From Elusimicrobiota bacterium (GTDB lineage: Bacteria > Elusimicrobiota > Elusimicrobia > UBA1565 > UBA9628), in NCBI GenBank assembly GCA_038060535.1, contig JBBTHA010000021.1, forward strand, positions 1,813-65,812: DNA of 64,000 nt, in the 5' to 3' direction. Below, in pieces: positions 1-9,364 of this stretch (positions within the stretch are counted from its first letter, which is position 1; every line of letters starts with the position of its first letter). The notes below the pieces were generated by a model. The model saw nothing but the letters and a program-made list of their open reading frames with translations, was not told the DNA's origin and made no database searches. The translations under genes and the position numbers were made by a program.

Positions 1-549
1 GCCATCGCGGACGGCTTGTGGGACGTGTACAAGGGAATCGAGGCTCGAGGAGACACGCAGGATCAACGCGAGGTCGACGAGTCCTTCCTGGCCGCGGTGC
101 AGGCGGTCTCCGACGGAGTCATGACCGACGTGGGCAGCCGCATCGCGCGCGCCTATTTCTCGATGCTGGGCATCGAGCCCTCTTCGGTTCAGCGGGACAT
201 CATCGTTCAATCCTTCAACGACGTCGCCTTTGCCGTTCCGGCCGAGATCGCGGCCAAAGCGGCCGAGGTGGTGCGGCGCGCGCTGGCCGAGCTCGAGGCT
301 CAGGGGCGACGGGCCGATGAGCGGATCGTCATCGGCGGAGTCAAAGTGAGCGCGGGGGCCTTGATCGTGATTTCCGCCCTGCTGCTCAATCCGGTGACGG
401 GTCCCTGGGTGGCGGCCGGAGCCTCGGTGGTCTATTTGGCGGCGACGGCCTATCAGCACCGCGACAAGCTTCTGGAGGCCTGGGAGGCCGTCAAGCTTTT
501 CTTCTCTTCTTCTACGGAGATCGTACCCTTAGGCGGCGAGCAGCCCTAA
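1..549 (+). CDS. Hypothetical protein, 3' part (ORF open to window start); C-terminal hydrophobic helix
   Basis: Frame is open from nt 1 to the stop at 547-549. Hydrophobic segment GALIVISALLLNPVTGPWVAAGASVVYLAA. No recognisable family. Confidence 0.4.
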   Translation, partial: AIADGLWDVYKGIEARGDTQDQREVDESFLAAVQAVSDGVMTDVGSRIARAYFSMLGIEPSSVQRDIIVQSFNDVAFAVPAEIAAKAAEVVRRALAELEAQGRRADERIVIGGVKVSAGALIVISALLLNPVTGPWVAAGASVVYLAATAYQHRDKLLEAWEAVKLFFSSSTEIVPLGGEQP

Positions 550-1418
550 TCGTCGCGCACGGACGCGCCTTTGGAAGGCGGCAAAAAGACGGACACCGTT
601 TCGCCGCGCGGGCTTTTCGCGATCGTCATGACGATGCGGTCGGACTCGACGAGCAAGGCCGAGGCCAAGCGCAGGGTCAGGGCCTTGGCGCGGGAGGAGG
701 CGAGCTTGTCATGAGTGTTGCGGACGTGGAGCGCGACCTTGTACGTTCCGTCGGGGCGGGGTTCCGAAGTGAGCAGGCGTCCGACGAAGGCGTCGATCCA
801 CCGCTTTGATTCCACCTTCCACGCCGATTTTCCTTCAATGAATAGGAGGCCGGCGTCCGCTTCCAAGAGCGTTTCTCCGCCGTACTCGTGGTGGGAAAAG
901 GAGTTGATAAGCGCGGGATCGCTTTCCACGACGAAAGAGCGGCCCGCGCGGCGTCCCGTGAAACGGTATTGGTAAGAGCGCCCCGTGACGATCGCAGGTT
1001 GGGCGTCATTGCCGGTGCCGTCCCATTCCAGGCGGCCGGTGAGCGCGCCGACCCCGTCGCTGGACCATACGACCGAGCTTTTCGAATCGACGATTTCAAA
1101 AGTCCATTCATCATAAAGGGCTTTGATGTTGGCGGGAGACAGGACCAGAAACGGGGGTTCTGGAAACGGACGCAAGAGGCGGGACATATCCCCCCCCGCG
1201 CGAAAGCGTTCGGGTCCCGCCGCCAAGCCCCGCCCGAACGCCAGGGAGGCCAGCACTTCGTCGACGATGGGTTTAGAGGCCGTCGGGGGCGCGACCTGAA
1301 CCGTCATCGCCGCGGCGCGAGCGCGCACCGTGATGTCCTGGGTCAGCTCCGTCCGGGGTTTGGATGCGGCGGCTTGGGAGACGATGAACGACAGAAGAAG
1401 AGCGGAGGCCGGCATCAT
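546..1418 (-). CDS. Secreted hypothetical protein, last gene of the TonB/ExbBD operon
   Basis: The ORF-track frame 546..1931 is longer; the internal ATG-ATG at 1418 gives a signal-peptide-like N-terminus (MMPASALLLSFIVSQAAAS). It overlaps the upstream exbD stop by 4 nt. No HExxH or other catalytic motif recognised. Confidence 0.5.
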   Translation of the reverse strand: MMPASALLLSFIVSQAAASKPRTELTQDITVRARAAAMTVQVAPPTASKPIVDEVLASLAFGRGLAAGPERFRAGGDMSRLLRPFPEPPFLVLSPANIKALYDEWTFEIVDSKSSVVWSSDGVGALTGRLEWDGTGNDAQPAIVTGRSYQYRFTGRRAGRSFVVESDPALINSFSHHEYGGETLLEADAGLLFIEGKSAWKVESKRWIDAFVGRLLTSEPRPDGTYKVALHVRNTHDKLASSRAKALTLRLASALLVESDRIVMTIAKSPRGETVSVFLPPSKGASVRDD

Positions 1419-1843
1419 CGTCGCGCGGGTTCGGTGGCGAGCGCGATTTGAGGAGCTCCCGCGGATTTGGCCGAGAGAATCAGTCGCTGGATGATCCGGT
1501 ACGGCGTTGCGGCGTCGGCGCGCAGCAAGACGATGCCGCCCCGCTTGCGGTCGATCTCGCGGCGCAGGTCGGATGTGAGATCCTCCCACGAGGAAGGCGA
1601 GGCGCGAACGGACAGCGAACCGTTCTTGAGATAGGTCACGGCGATGGTGAGCTCTTGATTGGGCGGCGTGCCGGCCGCGGGAAGCTCCACCGGGAGCGTC
1701 GGGTAGGCCAGCAAGGGAGCGGTGACGAAAAGAATCACGAGAAGGACCAGGGAGATATCGATGACCGGGATGATGTTGACTTCCGTCACCGGTTCGGGTT
1801 CCGGAGAGCTCGAGCGCATACGCAGCAGGGAGTAGGACGCCAT
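1415..1843 (-). CDS. exbD: ExbD/TolR biopolymer transport protein (second copy)
   Basis: Single N-terminal TM helix IPVIDISLVLLVILFVTAPLL plus an ExbD-like periplasmic domain. The start ATG at 1843 overlaps the upstream stop TGA (ATGA overlap). Confidence 0.8.
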   Translation of the reverse strand: MASYSLLRMRSSSPEPEPVTEVNIIPVIDISLVLLVILFVTAPLLAYPTLPVELPAAGTPPNQELTIAVTYLKNGSLSVRASPSSWEDLTSDLRREIDRKRGGIVLLRADAATPYRIIQRLILSAKSAGAPQIALATEPARR

Positions 1844-2298
1844 CAGCGGTCCTCGTAGTCGGCCATCTGCACGAGGGCGGCGACCGCCCCCGCGTTTTGG
1901 ACCGTTTCGACGGCGTTGACGACGCGACCATGAGAGGCGTCGAGCTCGGGAGCGATGAAAACCTTGCGCTCGGTGCGTCCGGCGAGCGCGGCCCGCAGCC
2001 AATCGGCCAGCTCCAGGGTCGTCGCCAGCACCCGGCCGTCGACGACGAAGCCCCGCGGCGTGACGCCGACGGCCAGCGATTTTTCAGGCTCGCGCTGAGT
2101 CAGTATCTCCGTGCGCATGGGCAAGGCGACCCTGGCTTGGGTCGCCGCGGTGTGGATTTTGAGCATCGACTGGGCGGCCATGGGCGAGAGCACGAGAAGG
2201 ATGATGAGAAGGACGAGGGAGACGTCGGCCAGAGGCACGACGTTGACGTCGGAGATGGGAGCGGGTTCCTCGTTTCTATGGAACGGGTTTGCCGCCAT
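1843..2298 (-). CDS. exbD: ExbD/TolR biopolymer transport protein (first copy)
   Basis: The internal ATG at 2298 gives MAANPFHRNEEP...VVPLADVSLVLLIILLVLSPM, a typical ExbD anchor. Followed by a periplasmic domain. Confidence 0.8.
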   Translation of the reverse strand: MAANPFHRNEEPAPISDVNVVPLADVSLVLLIILLVLSPMAAQSMLKIHTAATQARVALPMRTEILTQREPEKSLAVGVTPRGFVVDGRVLATTLELADWLRAALAGRTERKVFIAPELDASHGRVVNAVETVQNAGAVAALVQMADYEDR

Positions 2299-2911
2299 GA
2301 AAATCTCCCAGCAGCTGCGCCAGCTCAAGCACCCAGAGGTCGGCGGTGCTGAGCCGCTGGCGAGCGGCCATAGTGAAGTAGTTGTAGAGCAGGGCGGCGA
2401 ACACGGCCAAGCCGATGCCGAAAGCCGTGGAGACGAGGGCCTCGGAGATGCCGGCCGCGACGACGGCCGGCCCGCCGGCGCCCGCGGCCGCCAGATCGTG
2501 GAAGGCGCGCATGATGCCAAGAACGGTTCCCATGAGGCCGATGAGCGGAGAAATGAAGCTCGCCGTGCCGAAGAGGCCGACGCGGCGGTTGAGGGAGAGG
2601 CTCAGGCGCTGGCGGTAAAGCTGAAATTCCTCGACAAGCTTTTCGGCGGTCGGCGCTTCCAGCGCGAGCAGGCGGGCGAAAGCCTCTCCCATCAGGGAAT
2701 TGTCGCGCCGCGCCAGGGAAAAAGCGCCCTGAACGTCGCCGACGCCCAGGCGCTCGCGGATCTTTTTCCACAGCTCGTCTGGAAGGCGCTGGGTGTACCA
2801 GAAGGCGTGGATGCGCTCGATTCCTTGGGCGAGGATCACCATGGACAAGACGAGCAGCATGGGCATCGCGATGCTGATGCGCAGCATCTGCACGAGACTC
2901 ATTTCAGGCAC
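2276..2911 (-). CDS. exbB: ExbB/TolQ (MotA/TolQ/ExbB proton-channel family)
   Basis: Three TM helices. Conserved MotA/TolQ/ExbB C-terminal region (FISPLIGLMGTVLGIMRAF...GISEALVSTAFGIGLAVFA). Start is GTG 2911 or ATG 2902. Confidence 0.85.
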   Translation of the reverse strand: MPEMSLVQMLRISIAMPMLLVLSMVILAQGIERIHAFWYTQRLPDELWKKIRERLGVGDVQGAFSLARRDNSLMGEAFARLLALEAPTAEKLVEEFQLYRQRLSLSLNRRVGLFGTASFISPLIGLMGTVLGIMRAFHDLAAAGAGGPAVVAAGISEALVSTAFGIGLAVFAALLYNYFTMAARQRLSTADLWVLELAQLLGDFHGGKPVP

Positions 2912-2965
2912 AGGCGAAGTATAGCGGAGTACGCGTAAACCCGCAAGGCTAAGACCTGGGGCTGG

Positions 2966-5149
2966 CTACAGCGCCTGCCGTCGTTTGCGGGCCGTTTCGA
3001 AAGTCGATCCGCTCTTGTCGGCGAGGTTGATGATTTCATCGTATAAAGGACGGGCCGCCTTGGAATCGTCTTCGAGCTCCAAGAGAAGCGCCAAGCGCAG
3101 CAGGCCCGAGAGGCGCACGGGGTCGCTTTTGGGCGATTGCGATTTCAGGCTCTCGTAGGCCGCCTTCGCCTCCGGGATCTTCTTTCGGCGTTCCTGCACG
3201 AGCCCCAGCCCGTACAGGGATTTCAGGCGTTCGGCGGGGCCCGTCGCCCGCGCGTAGGCCGCGGCCGCGCCGTCCAAATCTCCCCGTTCCTCGCGCAGAC
3301 GCGCGCTTTGCGCCCAGGCCGAGGAGGCTTTTTCGTGGCGCGCGAAGGCCTGGGCAAACGAGCTCCACGCTTTTTCCGCCTCTTGATTCTTTCCGGACTT
3401 GGTCAGGGCCAGGGCCAGGTTGTAGCGGGCTTCGGCGGCGGCGGCTCCGGTTCCCGCGACCAGAGCGTAGGCTTGGGCCGAGCCCGGAAAGTCGCCCGCG
3501 TCAAAGAGCATGCCGCCCAGGTTCATCGCGGCGTCTTGCGCGCGCGGGTGTTTGGGGTGCTCGCGCAGAAACCGCCGATAAGCCTCGGCGGCGTCCTGGG
3601 TGCGATTGAGCTGGCGCAGGCATTCGGCGTGATAGAATCGGGCGTCGGCGAGAGTCTCCGCCCGCGGCGAACTCTCGATGTGCCGGCGAAAAAGATTCTC
3701 GGCGCCGGCCCAATCTCCGCGCGTGTAGGCCTTGGCGGCCAAATCCCATCCAATCCTGGGCACGAGAGGATGCTCCGGGTTGCGCGCGGCCAGGGAAGCG
3801 AGCTCCGGATCGTTTTTATCGGCCTGCCAGAGGGCGGTCAGCAACAGCGCCTCGACTTCGCCGGTTTTGGCGCCCGGGGCCGCGGCGAGGTATTGCCTGT
3901 AGAGCGGGACGGCCTGCTTCCAGTTGTTACTGTTGTAATGGACCTGGGCCATCAGAAGCAGGGATTCGCGCTCGGCGTCGGGAGCCTGAGAGACGCGAGC
4001 CATGAGGCGGTAGTTTTCGAGAGCGAGATCGGATTTCCCCAGCGCGTTGTAGAGCTGGCCGAGCTGCAGGTGGGTGTGCGCGGCGAAGGCGGAGGTCGGG
4101 TGCCTGGCGCCGAGGTCTTTGAACGCCGCGATCGCCTGGTCGATGTCGTTGAGTTTTTTAAGGCACAACCCCCGTTGATACAGGGCCTGGGCGTTCATGG
4201 GGCTCTTGGGAAAGCGCTCGACGAAGCGTTCGTAGGCTTGAGCGGCCTGGGCGTAGTTGTGCGCCTGCATGAGCATGTGCGCGCCCGAGAGCGAGGCGGA
4301 CTCGCGCACGTCGCTGAGGTCCCACTTGGCGGCCTCCTCTTCGGCGCGCTCGAGCGCGTTCCGGGCGCGATCGTGTTTTCCCTGGCGGGCCCAATCCGAG
4401 GCGATCATCGCAAGCGCGTAGGCGCGCGCCGGCGAATTGAGCCCGGAGGCCGAGACGGCGCGGTAATGTTCGGCGGCCGCCGTCTTGCGGCCGAGGCGAT
4501 CCTCGGCCGCGGCCCGCCAGATCTGAGCCAGCGCCAGCCAACGGTCCGTCGCGCTCGCGGAGTCGACTTCCGGAATGACGGCGAGCGTTTCCTCGTCGAG
4601 TCCCAGCGCCGCCATCGCCGCGCCAAGAAGATGCAGGGATTTCGAGCGAACGGCGGGATCTGGGCTTTCGATCAGCGGCATGAGCGCGCCTTGGGCTTTG
4701 GCCGCCTCCCCCCGGCGCAGGTGCAGCGCGGCGACGGCGAGGTCGACCTCGGGGCTCGCGGGATGCGAGGGATATTGACGCTTGAAGTCAGTGGCCTGGG
4801 CCAAGGCGGCGTTCGCGTTTTTATTGGCGATCGCCCCGCGCAGATTTGCCAGCGCGTCGTCGGGAGACTGCGAAGGCGTCGGGGGAACGAAGGGCTCGTC
4901 AGCCTGGATGGACGCGGGGATCGACTCGATTCCCAGCTGGTTCTGAAGCAGGCGCCGCCCGTTGATGGCGGCCTCCGTGAGAGGATAGCGCTGAACCAGG
5001 ATTTCCAGGCTGTGCCGGGCGTCGGCGTACTCCGCCTCGTTGATCGCCGCCTCCGCCTTCCGTAACAGGCTTTGCGCGGCGATTTCGGCGTTGGGAGACG
5101 CCGCGCCGGCCTGGAGGCTGCAGAAGAGGACGATCGCGTTGATGATCAT
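2966..5149 (-). CDS. Large TPR-repeat protein with signal peptide, between tonB and exbB
   Basis: 727 aa. N-terminal signal peptide MIINAIVLFCSLQAGAAS. Many Ala/Leu-rich TPR-like repeats (AxxxYxxAxxxF pattern). Stop codon is TAG. Confidence 0.7.
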   Translation of the reverse strand: MIINAIVLFCSLQAGAASPNAEIAAQSLLRKAEAAINEAEYADARHSLEILVQRYPLTEAAINGRRLLQNQLGIESIPASIQADEPFVPPTPSQSPDDALANLRGAIANKNANAALAQATDFKRQYPSHPASPEVDLAVAALHLRRGEAAKAQGALMPLIESPDPAVRSKSLHLLGAAMAALGLDEETLAVIPEVDSASATDRWLALAQIWRAAAEDRLGRKTAAAEHYRAVSASGLNSPARAYALAMIASDWARQGKHDRARNALERAEEEAAKWDLSDVRESASLSGAHMLMQAHNYAQAAQAYERFVERFPKSPMNAQALYQRGLCLKKLNDIDQAIAAFKDLGARHPTSAFAAHTHLQLGQLYNALGKSDLALENYRLMARVSQAPDAERESLLLMAQVHYNSNNWKQAVPLYRQYLAAAPGAKTGEVEALLLTALWQADKNDPELASLAARNPEHPLVPRIGWDLAAKAYTRGDWAGAENLFRRHIESSPRAETLADARFYHAECLRQLNRTQDAAEAYRRFLREHPKHPRAQDAAMNLGGMLFDAGDFPGSAQAYALVAGTGAAAAEARYNLALALTKSGKNQEAEKAWSSFAQAFARHEKASSAWAQSARLREERGDLDGAAAAYARATGPAERLKSLYGLGLVQERRKKIPEAKAAYESLKSQSPKSDPVRLSGLLRLALLLELEDDSKAARPLYDEIINLADKSGSTFETARKRRQAL

Positions 5150-5152
5150 GGC

Positions 5153-6634
5153 TTAAGAGGTGAAGCGGAAAGTGACTCGTCCCCAATCGTCCTGAGCTCC
5201 GGCGTTGGCCGGCATCGGCTGGAATCTCCATTTGCGTAGAGCGTCGAGAGCCAGGCGGTCGATCTCCGGGAAGCCGGAGGTTTTCTGTATCACGGCGCTC
5301 GGGTCGACGCCGCCGTTGGGCAGGACCTTGAAACGCACGGTCACCGTCAAATCGAGGTTGCGCGTGGCGATCCAATCAGGGCTTGTTGGGGAGACTCGCG
5401 CAAGAATGCGCCGGTCGCCTACGGGACCGTCGACCGCCCAAGAAACCCCCCCCTCCTCCAGGCCCGCCGCGCCGCCGCGGGACCCGGTTTTGAGGGGACT
5501 GTCGCCGCCGTCGCCGGCGGCGTTTCCGGGATTGACGGACTCTGCCAAGGCCGCGGCCGCGCCCGCTTTGCGGGCGGCGGACTGGCGGGCGAGGGCGGCT
5601 GCGGCGTCGCCCTGACCGGAGGAGGGTGACGTCGCGCGAGTCGATGATCCCGAAGAGGCCTTCCCCGCCGACGGGGACGCCGACGCGGCGCCCGCCGAAG
5701 CCCTTTCGGCGGCGGACAGGGCGGAGAGTTCCTGGGTGAGTTCCGCGCGTTTTCGTTCCTTGACGGCCTTGGCTTCGGCGGCCAGGCGCAGGCGTTCGGC
5801 TTCTTGCGCGGCGCGCCGCTCGGCCTCTTCACGCGCGGCTTGCGCCTGAGCTTTCTTGATGACCTCCTGCCGTTCATTTTCCGCGCGGATCTGCTCCTGG
5901 CGGCGTTGTTCCGCGATCCTCGCTTCGGCGGCCAGGCGCTCGCGTTCGGCTTTCTGCGCGGCGCGCCGCTCGGCCTCTTCGCGCGCGGCCTCGATTTTGG
6001 CCTTCTGGAGCGCGTCCTGACGTTCTTTTTTGGCGAGGGCCTGCACCTGGCGGCGTTGCGCCTCGATTTTATTCGCCTCGGCGGCCAGGCGCTCGTGTTC
6101 GGCTTTCTGCGCGGCGCGCCGCTCGGCCTCTTCGCGCGCGGCCTCGGCTTTGGCTTTTTGGAGCGCGTCCTGACGTTCTTGTTCGGCGAGGGCTTGCTCC
6201 TGGCGGCGCTGCGCCTCGATTTTCTTCGCCTCGGCGGCGCGCTCAAGGGCGAGGACGTCGACGGCGGGCCGAGCCGGGGGTTTGGCCATGGGCGGGAGTC
6301 GGGGGCGCTTGAGAGAGGCTCCCGGCTTGTTGATTTTCGAGAGCGCCGCGGCGGGTTTGGGATTTGGCGCGGGTTTTGGCGGCGCGTCGATCGCGCCGAT
6401 TTTGATCGCGTCCCGTTCGGCGCGCGCGGAGGGGCCCGGCGACGCCTCGAGCGCCGGCGGCAGCGGGATTTCCGCGACGAACTCGACGGGAACGATTTTA
6501 TCGGCTAAACGCTCCCCGCTTCCCCAGCGGATGGCGGGGTTGAGGGTGAGCAGGCCCGCGTAGGCGATCAGCGAGGCGAGGTAAAACGGCGCCTCGTGGA
6601 ACCAGTCATATTCGACTTGCTCGCGCCAGGACAT
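5153..6634 (-). CDS. tonB: TonB-family energy transducer with an expanded coiled-coil repeat linker
   Basis: N-terminal TM anchor. Pro-rich segment (PPKPAPNPKP). Three tandem ~50-aa Glu/Arg/Ala-rich repeats (KIEAQRRQEQALA..ERQDALQKAKAEAAREEAERRAAQKAE). C-terminal TonB domain (VTVRFKVLPNGGVDPSAVIQKTSGFPEIDRLALDALRKWRFQP). Confidence 0.7.
   Translation of the reverse strand: MSWREQVEYDWFHEAPFYLASLIAYAGLLTLNPAIRWGSGERLADKIVPVEFVAEIPLPPALEASPGPSARAERDAIKIGAIDAPPKPAPNPKPAAALSKINKPGASLKRPRLPPMAKPPARPAVDVLALERAAEAKKIEAQRRQEQALAEQERQDALQKAKAEAAREEAERRAAQKAEHERLAAEANKIEAQRRQVQALAKKERQDALQKAKIEAAREEAERRAAQKAERERLAAEARIAEQRRQEQIRAENERQEVIKKAQAQAAREEAERRAAQEAERLRLAAEAKAVKERKRAELTQELSALSAAERASAGAASASPSAGKASSGSSTRATSPSSGQGDAAAALARQSAARKAGAAAALAESVNPGNAAGDGGDSPLKTGSRGGAAGLEEGGVSWAVDGPVGDRRILARVSPTSPDWIATRNLDLTVTVRFKVLPNGGVDPSAVIQKTSGFPEIDRLALDALRKWRFQPMPANAGAQDDWGRVTFRFTS
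5781..6240. repeat. 3 x ~150-bp in-frame tandem direct repeats inside the tonB-like gene
   Basis: Units start with gcggccaggcgc[a/t]cg[c/t]gttcggcttt[c]tgcgcggcgcgccgctcggcctcttc.cgcgcggc at about 5781, 5931 and 6081. They encode the reiterated coiled-coil segment. Confidence 0.7.
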
Positions 6635-6693
6635 GCCGCAAGGATAGCTTGCTCGGCCTCGGCGCGCAAGTCTTGAGCGCGGCGCGGCCGTTG

Positions 6694-7638
6694 CTAGGCG
6701 ATGTTTTTGAGGCAGGCCTCGGCGATGCTCGGCGCCGACAGGCCGTAGCGCTCATACAGCTGTTCCGCAGACGCCGACTCGCCAAAGGAGCTCAAGCCCA
6801 TGCGCACGACCGGTACGGCGAGGCCTCGCTCGGCGATCGCCTCGCATACGGCCGAGCCGAGTCCGCCGTGGATGTTGTGATCCTCGACGGCGACGATTCT
6901 TTGTGAGTCAGCCGCCATGCGCGCGACGCCGTCGGCGTCGAAGGGCAGGAGCGTGGAGGCGTTGGCCACGCGCACGGCAAAGCCCTTGGACTCGAGAAGC
7001 TTGGCGGCTTCCAGCGCGTAAGGCACGGGGCCTCCCGAGGCGATGATGGTGGCCTGAACCTTGGCGGGCTTCTTGGAGGGTTCGAAGAGTACGTCGATCT
7101 TGCCGTGCCGCCATTGATAGCCGGGGCCGTGAACGTCGGGCATCTTCTGGCGGGTCAGCCGCAGATAGACGGGTCCTTGGTGGGCCAGCATCCAGCGCAC
7201 GGCCTGCTGGGTCTCGATGTGGTCGGCCGGCTGCAGGATGGTCATGTGAGGAAGGGCGCGCATGGCCGCCACGTCCTCAAGGCCCATCTGCGATGTTCCG
7301 TCCTCGCCGATGCCGATGCCCGCGTGGGTGCCCACGAGCTTGATGTTGGTTTGGTTGTAGGCGGCCGAGACGCGGATCGTCTCCACGCGCCCGATGAGAA
7401 AGCAAGCGAAAGACGTCAGCACCGGCACCTTGCCCGAGAGGGCCAGGCCAGCGGCCATGCCGACCATGTTTTGCTCGGCGATGCCCATTTCGAAATGGCG
7501 CTGAGGAAATTTTTTCAAGAACGGCTGGGTCATCGTGGATTTAGAGAGGTCGGCGTCGAGGACGACGATGTCGGGATTATTCTCGGCGGCCTCAAGAAGA
7601 GTTTCGCCGAAGGATTCGCGGGTCGCTTTAGCGGTCAT
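6694..7638 (-). CDS. Transketolase, C-terminal (pyrimidine-binding) subunit
   Basis: GIAEQNMVGMAAGLALSGKVP and the downstream transketolase C-terminal domain. Start taken at MTAKATRESFGE (ATG 7638), which overlaps the upstream gene by 11 nt. The ORF-track frame extends to 7692. Confidence 0.85.
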   Translation of the reverse strand: MTAKATRESFGETLLEAAENNPDIVVLDADLSKSTMTQPFLKKFPQRHFEMGIAEQNMVGMAAGLALSGKVPVLTSFACFLIGRVETIRVSAAYNQTNIKLVGTHAGIGIGEDGTSQMGLEDVAAMRALPHMTILQPADHIETQQAVRWMLAHQGPVYLRLTRQKMPDVHGPGYQWRHGKIDVLFEPSKKPAKVQATIIASGGPVPYALEAAKLLESKGFAVRVANASTLLPFDADGVARMAADSQRIVAVEDHNIHGGLGSAVCEAIAERGLAVPVVRMGLSSFGESASAEQLYERYGLSAPSIAEACLKNIA

Positions 7639-8464
7639 TTTGGATCTCCAGGCACGCCTTATCGGCGTCTTCTTTCTTGGGGGCGTTGCCATGCCAGGCG
7701 ATGTTATGCTCCATGAACGAGACCCCCTTTCCTTTGATCGTGTCCGCGACGATGACCTGCGGCCTGGAGTTTTTGGCCGCCCAGGCCTTGTCCAGCGCTT
7801 TTTCGACGGCGTCCATGTTGTGGCCGTCGACGCGCTGCACGTCCCAGTTGAAGGCCTTGAGCTTGTCGACGAGAGGGTCGATGTCCATGACGTCCTTGAC
7901 CTGTCCGTCGATTTGCCCGCCGTTGTAATCGACGATCGCGATGAGGTTGTCGAGCATGAATTTAGGGGCGGCCATGAAGGCCTCCCAGCACTGTCCCTCC
8001 TGCAGTTCGCCGTCGCCCAGGACGACGACGGTTTTCCAGGTTTTTTTATCGAGCTTGGCCGCGGCGGCCATGCCCAGACCGACGGACAGGCCTTGGCCGA
8101 GGGAGCCGGTCGAAAACTCGACGCCCGGCAGGCGCAGGCGGTCGGGGTGGCCCTGCAGCGGGCTGGAAAGCTTGCGCAGGCCCAGAAGATCTTCCTTGGG
8201 GAAATAGCCGCGATGGGCCATCACCGCGTACAGCGCCGGGCAGGCGTGGCCTTTGGACAGGATGAATCGATCTCGCTGCGCCCAATTCGGATTCTTGGGA
8301 TCATGCTTGAGAAACTTCCAGTACAGGACGATGAGGATATCGATGACCGACAAGGAGCCGCCGGGGTGGCCGCTGCCGGCCGCCTCGATCATTCGGATGA
8401 TCTCCAGGCGCATGGACTTGGCTAATTGCTTGAGGCTGGCGTCGGTCTTGGTGGTCGTGGGCAT
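7628..8464 (-). CDS. Transketolase, N-terminal (TPP-binding) subunit
   Basis: SGHPGGSLSVIDIL...LSKGHACPALYAV...GSLGQGLSVGLGMA...VVLGDGELQEG. Classic split-transketolase N-terminal section. Confidence 0.9.
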   Translation of the reverse strand: MPTTTKTDASLKQLAKSMRLEIIRMIEAAGSGHPGGSLSVIDILIVLYWKFLKHDPKNPNWAQRDRFILSKGHACPALYAVMAHRGYFPKEDLLGLRKLSSPLQGHPDRLRLPGVEFSTGSLGQGLSVGLGMAAAAKLDKKTWKTVVVLGDGELQEGQCWEAFMAAPKFMLDNLIAIVDYNGGQIDGQVKDVMDIDPLVDKLKAFNWDVQRVDGHNMDAVEKALDKAWAAKNSRPQVIVADTIKGKGVSFMEHNIAWHGNAPKKEDADKACLEIQNDR

Positions 8465-8529
8465 GGGCTGATTCTACAAAAATGGGGAGACGGGTCTATC
8501 GACAAACGTATGTGGTAGAATGGCAAACC

Positions 8530-9360
8530 ATGAAGATCAAGCTTTACATCGGCGCCATCCGCGCGGCCGCCAGGCACATAAAAAAGAAGGCTCCGGGTTT
8601 TCGACCCGACGTCGGCGTCATCTTGGGATCGGGCTTGGCCAAGGCGGTTCCTCGCCTGGAGCGGGCGATCTCCATTCCCTACGGCGACATTCCGGGATTT
8701 CCCCGCACCACGGTCCCCGGCCATGAGGGCAAGCTGCTCTTGGGACGCAGCGCCGGACGCTCGGTGGCGGTCATGCAGGGCCGTTTCCATTACTACGAAG
8801 GCCACGCGATGGAGTCCATCGCTTTGCCGGTGCGCGTTCTGGAATACCTCGGCCTTAAGACGCTGGTCGTCACGGCGGCCGTCGGCTCCATGCGCGAGAA
8901 GGTCAAGCCGGGGCATTTTACCGTTCTCACCGACCACATCAACTTGATGGGACGCAACCCCCTGAGGGCCTTTCATGAGGAGGAATTCGGCACCATGTTC
9001 CCGGACATGAGCGCCGCCTACGATCCGCGCGTGAGCCGGATCCTGACGGCCTCGTGTCGAAAGCGCAAGGTCCCCTCCCATCGCGGCGTGTACGTCGCCG
9101 TGGGAGGACCTTCCTACGAAACACCAGCCGAAATTCGCGCCTTCCGCGCGCTGGGCGGCGACGTGGTCGGCATGTCGGTGGTGCCCGAGGTCGTCGTCGC
9201 GCGTCAAATGGGAATCGCCACGGGCGCGCTGGTGTGGACATCCAACATGGCCGCCGGCCTACCCGGATCCATTCAAAATCACGGCGACGTGCTGGCGCTC
9301 GGCGCCCGAGTCTGCGACGACTTGCGCGCGGTGCTTGGCGACGTGATCGCCGCTCTTTAA
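8530..9360 (+). CDS. Purine nucleoside phosphorylase (PNP-I / inosine-guanosine phosphorylase family)
   Basis: MKIKLYIGAIRAAARHIKKK...VGVILGSGLAKAV...VGMSVVPEVVVARQMG. Start at the internal ATG 8530 of ORF 8482..9360. Confidence 0.85.
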   Translation: MKIKLYIGAIRAAARHIKKKAPGFRPDVGVILGSGLAKAVPRLERAISIPYGDIPGFPRTTVPGHEGKLLLGRSAGRSVAVMQGRFHYYEGHAMESIALPVRVLEYLGLKTLVVTAAVGSMREKVKPGHFTVLTDHINLMGRNPLRAFHEEEFGTMFPDMSAAYDPRVSRILTASCRKRKVPSHRGVYVAVGGPSYETPAEIRAFRALGGDVVGMSVVPEVVVARQMGIATGALVWTSNMAAGLPGSIQNHGDVLALGARVCDDLRAVLGDVIAAL

Positions 9361-9364
9361 ACCC

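Noticed and set aside
3137-5065. 642-aa plus-strand ORF antisense to the TPR gene
   Set aside because: Low-complexity Gly/Arg-rich translation typical of antisense frames in high-G+C DNA. The opposite strand encodes a coherent TPR protein with a signal peptide.
5419-6508. Arg/Pro-rich ORFs (275 and 234 aa) overlapping the tonB repeat region
   Set aside because: Alternative or antisense frames of the tonB coiled-coil repeats. Their repetitiveness mirrors the real gene.
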